NCBI GenBank assembly: GCA_002315875.1 | Contig: DCIL01000013.1 | Span: 3,168-67,167, forward strand | Source of the DNA: Verrucomicrobia bacterium UBA1727 | Lineage (GTDB): Bacteria; Verrucomicrobiota; Kiritimatiellia; RFP12; UBA1067 | Direction of reading: 5' to 3' | Length of the DNA stretch: 64,000 bases | Shown: positions 16,792 to 24,800 of the stretch, in pieces | How positions within the stretch are numbered: position 1 is the stretch's first letter | Layout of the letters: each line of letters starts with the position of its first letter | Translations under genes and position numbers: made by a program | Notes under the pieces: model-generated | What the model was told of the DNA's origin: nothing | The model's database searches: none | What the model saw: the letters and a program-made list of their open reading frames with translations, nothing else

Positions 16792-17805
16792 CTACGGACG
16801 CCGAGCGGAGAAAAGTAAAGAAGGGGCGGAGAGGTAGGGTCCGATACGGCGGCGAAAAGCCGACGAGGAGGTCTTCCAGGCCTGAAACTCGTCTTCGGGA
16901 CGTCCACCCCACGGCACGAGTCGCGCATGCACCAGTTCGTGCGCGAGAACCTCCACCTTCGAACCGAAGCCGTGACGACGGATGACTACCACTCCGTAAT
17001 CCTCGCCATACGAAAAGGTTGCCCCTCCGCAGAAAAGTCCTGGATTGCCATAGACACACGGCACCTCCGAGGGTCTGTCCCCAAAGATTCGCTCCACGAT
17101 ATCAAGCGCCTGCTGCCGCAAATCTTCTTCGACCGGTTTGATTTTACCAAGCGCATTCGCCAGCGGATCCACCCCTTCCCGGAAGGCATCCCATCCCGCA
17201 CGCATGATTAATACGCGGCGAAGATAATCTACGTCAGATTCGCCTTCTTTGCGCAAAAACCCACTCTTAACCAAATTTTCAATAACATTTTTTGGGGCCT
17301 GTCCCCAGAAATCGAGGAGTTCGAGCCAGATGACGGCGAGGGAGTGGAAGTCATCATCGAAGGTTACCTTGCGAGGGTCGGCCGCCTGATGAGGACTCAT
17401 GTACTTAGGAGTGCCGCGCTTGCCTGCCGGCTCCGCGGCAAGTTGTTCGGGCGTCGCGGCAATTCCAAGATCAGCGATCACCCAACGTCCGTCCGGCATG
17501 AGAAGAATGTTCGAGGGCTTCACATCGCGATGGACAATTCCCGCCAGGTGCAAGGCAGTGAGGCCGTGGGAGAGAGGGTTGAGAAGGTTGAGAGAGTTGA
17601 GAGGGTTGAGAGGGTTGAGAGGGGGGTGAGAGGTTGAGAGGAGGTCTTTTAAGGAACAGGTGGCTTGTTCGAGGCGCAGGACACCATTGGCGTAGCCGAA
17701 AGATTTTATAACGTTCGGATGCGACACGCGACTGAGGAGTTCCGCCTCGTGCGCGAGCCGATCCGGCCGCCCTTCCTTCGCCCTTTTCTCGTAATACTCA
17801 CTCAT
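16792..17805 (-). CDS. N-terminally truncated Hanks-type kinase-like domain fused to an HExxH-containing C-terminal domain
   Basis: 337 aa. Catalytic-loop HRDVKPSNILL, DLG (for DFG), GTPKYMSP activation segment. No Gly-rich loop or VAIK lysine, because the ORF begins at about helix C. C-terminus contains VLAHELVHARL. A 9-nt repeat insert encodes PLNPLNPLNSLNLLNPLS. Confidence 0.6.
   Translation of the reverse strand: MSEYYEKRAKEGRPDRLAHEAELLSRVSHPNVIKSFGYANGVLRLEQATCSLKDLLSTSHPPLNPLNPLNSLNLLNPLSHGLTALHLAGIVHRDVKPSNILLMPDGRWVIADLGIAATPEQLAAEPAGKRGTPKYMSPHQAADPRKVTFDDDFHSLAVIWLELLDFWGQAPKNVIENLVKSGFLRKEGESDVDYLRRVLIMRAGWDAFREGVDPLANALGKIKPVEEDLRQQALDIVERIFGDRPSEVPCVYGNPGLFCGGATFSYGEDYGVVVIRRHGFGSKVEVLAHELVHARLVPWGGRPEDEFQAWKTSSSAFRRRIGPYLSAPSLLFSARRP
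17575..17638. repeat. about seven copies of a 9-nt unit RRRGTTGAG inside the kinase-like CDS
   Basis: agggttgag aaggttgag agagttgag agggttgag agggttgag aggggggtgag aggttgag. Encodes PLNPLNPLNSLNLLNPLS on the minus strand. Confidence 0.9.
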
Positions 17806-17814
17806 CCGAATGTT

Positions 17815-18681
17815 TTAGAACTTGAGTTTGACGCCGACGCCGAAGAGGGTCATGTCCTTGAGCGCGTTGTTGGTTTTGCGGCGGTCCAACGCATCGCGTC
17901 CGTCACCGTTCAAAGTGATGAACTCCTGAATGAAGGCCGTCAGACTAAGCCAGTCCGTCAGCGCATATTCTGCATGCAAGGCAACGTCCATTGCCATTAT
18001 TCCAGGCGTATATTTGCCGTCAGCGGAGTTTCGATTCGGCCCGTACTGCGTAAAGAGATGGCGTCCGTCACCAAGCTCTACAAATGCAGCCGGCACAAGC
18101 GTGAGCTTCTCAAATAGACGGAAGGGACGCCGCAAGCCGAGTTCCCAATACGTCCACCTTTGGCCCTTGTCCGCCCAGCGGAAAATGCCGTACGGCACGA
18201 CATAAGGGTTCTTCAACGCCAAAGTGCCGCCCCAATGACACAAAGTCGGAATGTCGCCAACGCCTCCATGGAATACGAGCCAATTCCGGAAAGCCCGCGC
18301 ATCAAGCGACCAGCTGTCTGCCAGTTTGAACTCATATCCGTAATGGCACATGTAGACGCAAACGGTATACCACGGCCGATCGGCAATTGGACAGCCGGTC
18401 ATATCCAAGGCGGACGCAGCGAGGATGTTCCCACCAAAATTACCCCAAGCCCCGCCATTCCAATTCAAGCTCGCGTGCTGAAAAGAGCAGGAAGTGCTGG
18501 AAAGGATTACGCCGCGGAGATGGAAGCCATTGCGGTAGTCAATACTTGCCGAACCATGCAGGCGGCGTTGGATTTCTCTACTCCAGACGGACGACACCTC
18601 GTTGGTGTTTGCCTCTTCACAAAAGCCCGAAGAGACCACCGAGGTCATTGCAACTGCCAATAGAACTGTAAACTGCCTCAT
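17815..18681 (-). CDS. outer-membrane beta-barrel protein (putative porin-like)
   Basis: 288 aa. Signal peptide MRQFTVLLAVAMTSVVSSG, alternating amphipathic strands, aromatic-rich, C-terminal GVGVKLKF ending in Phe as in OMP barrels. Confidence 0.55.
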   Translation of the reverse strand: MRQFTVLLAVAMTSVVSSGFCEEANTNEVSSVWSREIQRRLHGSASIDYRNGFHLRGVILSSTSCSFQHASLNWNGGAWGNFGGNILAASALDMTGCPIADRPWYTVCVYMCHYGYEFKLADSWSLDARAFRNWLVFHGGVGDIPTLCHWGGTLALKNPYVVPYGIFRWADKGQRWTYWELGLRRPFRLFEKLTLVPAAFVELGDGRHLFTQYGPNRNSADGKYTPGIMAMDVALHAEYALTDWLSLTAFIQEFITLNGDGRDALDRRKTNNALKDMTLFGVGVKLKF

Positions 18682-18683
18682 AT

Positions 18684-20741
18684 CTATTTTATTCGGTTTT
18701 CCTGAGCGAAGATAAAAGCGTTGGTCGAGTTCAAAGAAGTGAGATGACCGGTGGCGGTGACCTTGCCGCTGGACGAGAGCGTCATCCAGCCGAGCGCCTT
18801 GAGCGCTGAGCCCGCCTGGGTGAGCGTGACCGGACGGCCTTCGCGATCTTTCACGACCTCACCTGAAACCAGCGAATGGGAATGTCCGTCAATACAGGCG
18901 GTAAGTCCGCTGGTGTTCTTAATCAATGCCTTGCTGGTAAACGGCTTTTCGCAAAGTCCGAGATGTGCCAAAAGAATGACGCTATTGCATTCGTTGGTGA
19001 GAAGTCCGATTGCAGAATCTACCTCAGAATACCAACGGCGGACATCTGTCTTTCCGATGAAATCATAGCTCACGTTCGCCGAGGCATTGGTTATAGGCCG
19101 CGGCACGGTAACGCCGACGAAGCCGACCCTCATAGCCCCGAGGTCGAGCATGTGAAACGACGGCAGCGGACGACTCATCGTACCCGCCGCGCGATTCGTC
19201 ACCGAGAGCGTGGCGGAAAGAATCGGAAACGATGCGGCCCTGACATTCGCCAACATTTTCTCCGCACCGTAGTCGAACTCGTGATTGCCGAGCGTCGCGA
19301 TATCGTAGCCGGCCTTTCCCATGATCTTGATGATCGAATCGTCCGCTCTCGCGGCAAAATCGCCCGCGTCCACGAGCGCAACGGGCGTACCGCTCACCTG
19401 CAGTGCCCTTTTCACCTCGGCAATCTGCGAAAACCTCACCTTGCCGTCCGTGAGATGTCCGTGCGAATCATTCGTCGAGAGAATTACCGCCTCGCCCTCG
19501 ACGGGACCCGCCTTCTCCCACGGATACGCCGTCCGCCAGTCCGCCGCATCAACGGCGAGCCGGTCTTCGCTGCGCACGAAGAAAACGCCGCAACCGTTCA
19601 GCGCGGCGGACGAAAACCACGAGCGATTGAAATGGAGATCCTGACGGAGATTCCACTTCGAGTCCCAAAGAACGACGTTGACGCCGTCCATCGGCAGCGC
19701 CTTGCCGCGCCACTGCTCGCCCGCCCGCAGGAAATACACTTCGCCGGGCTTGAGGACGATTTGCGGCGGGAACTCGTAATCGACGGACAACTTCTCACCT
19801 TGACGCGAGGCCGTGAGATGGCAGCCGGAGACGTCAATGGCGCGGCGGGACACATTGCGCAAGCAGATGAACGAGGGACTGATCGCTACCACACGAAAAT
19901 CGGGAGCGGACACTTCGCATCCGACCGAGCCCTGGCGCAACAATCTGCCGCGGACCATTCCCAGACGGTCACGCGGAATCGACACGCGGCGAACGGACGA
20001 ACCGCGTGTAGGTTCGCCGAGCTCGATCATTCCCGGATCAAGCAGATCGAGAACCGTACACGGATCCCACAGGAGCTGGCTCTTGTTGCCCTGCTCACAG
20101 TCCGGGTCGCGCTCTCGGTAGACGCGGGCGATCGGATCGTCCTCACTCCAATAATGATCGAGCACCAGCTGTCGGGGAAGATAGAGCATCCGTCCGAGCC
20201 CAAACGGCACCAGCACAATCTCGCCCGGCCATTCGCTGATAATCTTTCTGAAACTTTCAGGATTGCCTCCATCGAAGCGGCCCTCCACAATCCTGAGCGT
20301 GCGCACCTTCTCACGGACGAGGTCGCGTCCCGCCATCGCGGAAACGGCATCCGCCGGCGAGTCAAGGAGTCCGATAAGATTACGTGCGGAACCGATCGCC
20401 GAGAGCTCGACGGACTTCGCCGGCGCCGCGGCAAGGAGACGGCGATAGAGCGAAACGGACGACTCGTCGCCGAGCGGCACGTCGCGCCAGCCGTAATCGT
20501 GCATTACCGTCTTCGCGAACTCAAGAAGGCGCTCGCGCTTCGCATCCGCCGCGTCACGGCTGTCGAGCATTATTCCGATGAGCTTGCCGCGTCCCGCCTG
20601 CTCGACCTGCCGCACCAACTCAAGCGCGAAAAGATCGTCCGTCGAACTGCCGCCGAGGTCGGTATCGACGATGATACGCGGATAGACCGCTCCCTCCAGG
20701 GCAAGCGCGGCAACTGCGAAAAGAATGGAAAGGATGCGCAC
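18684..20741 (-). CDS. secreted three-domain fusion: nucleoside-hydrolase-like / lamin-tail domain / calcineurin-type metallophosphoesterase (5'-nucleotidase N-domain-like)
   Basis: 685 aa. Signal peptide. N-domain IIVDTDLGGSSTDDLFAL (DxDxxxDD-type IU-nucleoside hydrolase motif). Middle LTD-like segment (ICLRNVSRRAIDVSGCHLT...EFPPQIVLKPGEVYFL). C-domain motifs NDSHGHL, DAGDF, GNHEFDYG, LAHLG, IDGHSH. Confidence 0.6.
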   Translation of the reverse strand: MRILSILFAVAALALEGAVYPRIIVDTDLGGSSTDDLFALELVRQVEQAGRGKLIGIMLDSRDAADAKRERLLEFAKTVMHDYGWRDVPLGDESSVSLYRRLLAAAPAKSVELSAIGSARNLIGLLDSPADAVSAMAGRDLVREKVRTLRIVEGRFDGGNPESFRKIISEWPGEIVLVPFGLGRMLYLPRQLVLDHYWSEDDPIARVYRERDPDCEQGNKSQLLWDPCTVLDLLDPGMIELGEPTRGSSVRRVSIPRDRLGMVRGRLLRQGSVGCEVSAPDFRVVAISPSFICLRNVSRRAIDVSGCHLTASRQGEKLSVDYEFPPQIVLKPGEVYFLRAGEQWRGKALPMDGVNVVLWDSKWNLRQDLHFNRSWFSSAALNGCGVFFVRSEDRLAVDAADWRTAYPWEKAGPVEGEAVILSTNDSHGHLTDGKVRFSQIAEVKRALQVSGTPVALVDAGDFAARADDSIIKIMGKAGYDIATLGNHEFDYGAEKMLANVRAASFPILSATLSVTNRAAGTMSRPLPSFHMLDLGAMRVGFVGVTVPRPITNASANVSYDFIGKTDVRRWYSEVDSAIGLLTNECNSVILLAHLGLCEKPFTSKALIKNTSGLTACIDGHSHSLVSGEVVKDREGRPVTLTQAGSALKALGWMTLSSSGKVTATGHLTSLNSTNAFIFAQENRIK

Positions 20742-20743
20742 TT

Positions 20744-21820
20744 TTACGACCAGGGCATGTCGAGCTGCATGACCTTCGCCATATCCATGAACGTCGGACG
20801 TTCGGCGAGCTCGTGGTGTCCCTCGAGATGTCCCTCGGCATCGACGCGCGTCGTCTTCCAGCGGTAGAGTTCGCGCACGCGGTAGTCCTTGTTCTCATCG
20901 AGCGGCATCACCTCGGCGATGGAAATCACCTTGCGCGAGCCGTCCATGAGACGAGCGGTCTGCACGATCGCGTGCACCGCGCCCGCGACCTGCGAGCGAA
21001 TCGCCGAAAGCGGCATCTCGATGCCGCTCATGATCGCGCAGGTCTCGAGACGAGCGAGCGTATCCTGGGGAGTGTTCGCGTGAATCGTGGACATCGAGCC
21101 ATCGTGACCGGTGTTCATCGCCTGCAAGAGGTCAATCGCCTCGCCACCGCGGATTTCGCCGACGACGATGCGGTCGGGACGAAGACGCAGCGATGCGATG
21201 AGCAAGTTGCGGATGGAGAACTCGCCCTTGCCGTTCTTATCGGGCTTGCGCGTTTCAAAGTAGACCGAGTGGGGCTGCTTGAGCTGCAGTTCGGACGAGT
21301 CCTCAAGTACGAGAATGCGGTCCTTTTCGGGAATGAGCGAGGAAAGGCAGTTCAGCACCGTCGTCTTACCCGAGCCAGTTCCGCCGGAGACGATGATGTT
21401 CTTGCGGAGCTTCACCAGCGCGTTCAGAATCTTCGCGCCATCCTCGGTGAACGAGCCGAACTTCATCAGCGAATCGAGCGAGAGGGCGTCCTTCTTGAAC
21501 TTACGGATGGAGATGATCGTACCGACGCGCGAGATCGGAGGAATCGTCGCGTGCACACGGCTGCCGTCCGGCAGACGCGCGTCGAGGTCGGGATACATAT
21601 CATCGAGAATACGCTCGACCGAACGCGCGATGTTGACCGCGGCGGCCTTGAGCGAGGCCTCGTTGGGAAAGTGCTCGGGACACAGCTCGAGCTTGCCCTT
21701 GCGTTCGACGTAGATCTGGTTCGGTCCGTTGACGAGGATTTCCGAAACCGAATCGTCATCGAGATACTTCGCGACCGGCGCGAGAAACAGCTTCAAAAAC
21801 GATGCATCATTATTTGCCAT
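20744..21820 (-). CDS. CpaF/TadA-family secretion ATPase, short form (no N-terminal accessory domain)
   Basis: 358 aa. Walker [11 protein letters not shown], Asp box LVLEDSSELQL, Walker B DRIVVGEIRGGEA, His box NTGHDGSMSTIHAN. Core matches the other two CpaF copies in the window. Confidence 0.85.
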   Translation of the reverse strand: MANNDASFLKLFLAPVAKYLDDDSVSEILVNGPNQIYVERKGKLELCPEHFPNEASLKAAAVNIARSVERILDDMYPDLDARLPDGSRVHATIPPISRVGTIISIRKFKKDALSLDSLMKFGSFTEDGAKILNALVKLRKNIIVSGGTGSGKTTVLNCLSSLIPEKDRILVLEDSSELQLKQPHSVYFETRKPDKNGKGEFSIRNLLIASLRLRPDRIVVGEIRGGEAIDLLQAMNTGHDGSMSTIHANTPQDTLARLETCAIMSGIEMPLSAIRSQVAGAVHAIVQTARLMDGSRKVISIAEVMPLDENKDYRVRELYRWKTTRVDAEGHLEGHHELAERPTFMDMAKVMQLDMPWS

Positions 21821-21823
21821 GAG

Positions 21824-21877
21824 AGAGTTGAGAAAGTTGAGAGGGTTGAGAGGGTTGAGAAAATTGAGAGGGTTGGC
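21824..21877. repeat. six copies of the same 9-nt unit RRRRTTGAG, filling the intergenic spacer between the giant gene and the short cpaF
   Basis: agagttgag aaagttgag agggttgag agggttgag aaaattgag agggttggc. It starts 3 nt from the cpaF ATG (21820) and ends at the giant-gene stop (21878). Confidence 0.9.
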
Positions 21878-24800
21878 TTACTTACTTTCGAGGCGGAGCT
21901 GGAAGAAGCGGGCATTGGGAACTTCAGTGGCGGGCTTCCACGCGTCATCGAGATTCTCCTTGCCGTAGGTGACCGGCTCGATGATCGCGCGGTTGCGCGG
22001 TTCGGGCTCGTAGGTGATGACGGGCTTGCCCTGCTCGTCGACCGTGAGTTCGACCTTGAGCTCGACCTTCTCATCGGACGGATCAAAGCCCGCGGCATAG
22101 GTCTCGAGCACCGAAAGTTCACCATTCGCCGCCGGCGTCATTGCCGCGGCTTCGACCGCGGAGTGTCCCGACAGCATCATCTTCGCCGCGCTCGGCGAGC
22201 TCATCATGAACGACGTCACCGCCGGCTCATTGGTGAACGACTCGATGAAGTACGGATCCGCCCATTCGACCAACGGAGCCGTGCGCCCGAGTTCGTTCAC
22301 GAAGGCGTAGTCACCCATCTTCTTCACCTTGAGCATCATCTTGCCGCCCCAAGTGGCGCAGCACTCGCCACTCGCGAGAGCAACGTCCTTGACGAGCTCG
22401 AGTTCCTCGACCTCGGAAGATCCGCTCGCGACGCGATAGACATTGATGACGCCGTTCGTGCCGTAGGGCAGATAGACGGTGAGATAGTCCGCCGCTGCCG
22501 CCTGGACCGCGCTGTCGACGGATAGCTTCAGGTTCACGAATTCGACCGCGCCCGCCTTGCCGTGCGCCTCGACATAATCGATGATCGCCCGCGCGCCTGC
22601 CGAAGTGGGTTTCGCATTCACCGCGAAATCGATCCTCGTGCCGGAGAGCGCGGAAAGTCCGTCGATTACCGCGGCGAACGCACCCGCCGCGCTGTTGTCG
22701 ATGCGCACCTGATGCGTGTCGTCGAGCGGCGCACCCGGCAGGACGAACGGTGTCTCGTACGGACGGTAGTTCATGAAGATCGTGTTGACGACGCCGTTCG
22801 TCTCGAACTTGAGATTCTTCGGGCCGACCTCTTCGCCATAGAGATAGTCGATGGTCATCGTCAGCGGATCGATCGCGACCTCGACCTTATGGAAGGCGCG
22901 TCCGATCGAACCGACGCGGAAGAAGTTCGGATTCCAGTCGTCGAGGTCGGTCGCAAGGCGTCCATCAACGCCCTTCACGAACTGGCACGAAAGATTGGTC
23001 GCCGCAACCACGAAGGCGCCCGCGCGGGTCGAGAGATTGGTATACGCCACGGCCCCGAGGCCCGGAGGATTGCCGTTGCCGCCGTTGCCGCCCTGAATAA
23101 CGCCCTTGGTGAACGTCGCCTCGGTCGGTGCATCGCCAGCGACTGGATCGACGTGGACCATCCTGAACGGAATCGTGCCGTCGCCGCCGGGAGTGCGGAT
23201 ATTTCCGACCGAGCCATTCACTCCCTTTACGGTAATGCCCGCCATGTCGACCGTGAAGTTGCCGAGGTTGTCCGGCAGCGTCCACGGAATCGCCGGCGAG
23301 TTGGTCAACGTGGCGACGTAGGTATAGACACCGGTCTTGGTGTCGAGCGAACGCTTCACGGTGCCGACACGGTCGAATGCGTTGGTAAGACGGATGTACT
23401 TCTCGTCCAGCGTCCACTGCGCGTAGATGACGGTATTGGTGCGCACGACGCGCGTCGTCGGGAAGTCCCACGGCTCCGAGAAGTCCGCCTTCTTGTACCA
23501 GCCGCCGAAGAACCAGGCGTCCGCATAGAGGTCGCCGGGATTCGCCGCGAACGAGCGGGTGCGCACGTACTGGTCTTCCGGCTGCTCGCCGAGGCCGTGG
23601 GTCTCGAAGTGGACGCGGCAGTCGAGCGCCTGGATGGCCCAATACTCGCCGTTGGACATCAACTCGAACGAATAGCCCTCGCGGTTCTCGCCGGTGAGCC
23701 ACGAGTTGAGTTCCTCGCGGGTGTAGTCGCCGTAGCGGAAGTGGATGCGGTTAACGTCGTCATCGACCTCGCAGGGAATCGACACGCGACCGTTGCCGGA
23801 AAGACCGATGTGGCCGAGGACGAGTCCGTATCCCTCAAGCGTCAGCGTCATGTTGTTGCCGACCTTGAAGTAGCCGTTGGTGAACGCGATCTTGTTGGCC
23901 TCGGTCGTGGTGACGGCGGACATCCTGAGCTTCACCGAACTCGCAGAGCCCGCGCTCATCGTATAGTCCTTCTTGTCCATCGTCACCCGGTCGACAACGG
24001 CATACACCATGACGTCGCTTGAGGTCCGCCCCGATTCCTTGGCGAATTCGAGCGCATCAAAGAGGGACGAATACCGAGTCGTCGAATCGTCCACCTTCAC
24101 GATGACCCTGCCTCCGGACACCGAATACCTCCAGACGGGATCGCCGGTCGGTGTGCAGACACACTTCGAATCCATCCAGAAGGATTCGATCGCGGTGTCG
24201 AACCAGCCGCTCTCGAACCGAAGCGTGGCCCTGTAACCAACACCGACATTATACCCCTTGAAGGAAAGACGCGCGCGCGTCGGATCGGTATTCTCGGGAT
24301 CGGACATTATCGTCAGCTTGCTAAAGTCGTTGACTCTGATCTTGTCAAGCCGCGAACCGTTGGCGGCCTCGCGGAGCTGAATCTCGACATACGAGTAATC
24401 AAGAACCTCGAACATGGCACTATCCTTGAGGCAAAACTCATCCAGCTCGACGATCATCGGACGCGTGGTCTGCGAAGTAATGGCCTGGACCCTTATCACA
24501 CTGGACGTGCCGGCGAGGCGGTAAGTGTAATTCTCGCTTGAGAGATAAAGATGATTGTGGGCAGAATCGTATGACCAGCCATTGCCGGAACCGACGACGA
24601 CGTCAATTCCGTTCACGCTGACGCCCACCTTCGGCAGAATGTAGTATGGGCACTGAGTGTCAGCACTGTCCTCGCCGAAGACGCTGCCGCCCGCGACATA
24701 ATCGTCATTCGGACATTGGCTGAAATGACCGCCTTCAATCACTACGCTTTCAATCGTGTTGACGTCATAGTTTCCGCGGCCGATGGTTTCCGACGGCGCC

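Noticed and set aside
21824-21877. 9-nt repeat arrays (also 17575..17638) considered as a CRISPR-like or mini-array feature
   Set aside because: The units are 9 nt, directly abutting with no spacers, no cas genes are present, and one array is in frame inside a CDS. They are simple tandem repeats.
21729-21968. Plus-strand 79-aa ORF encoding RELRKLRGLRGLRKLRGL
   Set aside because: It is an artefact of reading the 9-nt repeat spacer, and it spans the ends of two minus-strand genes.
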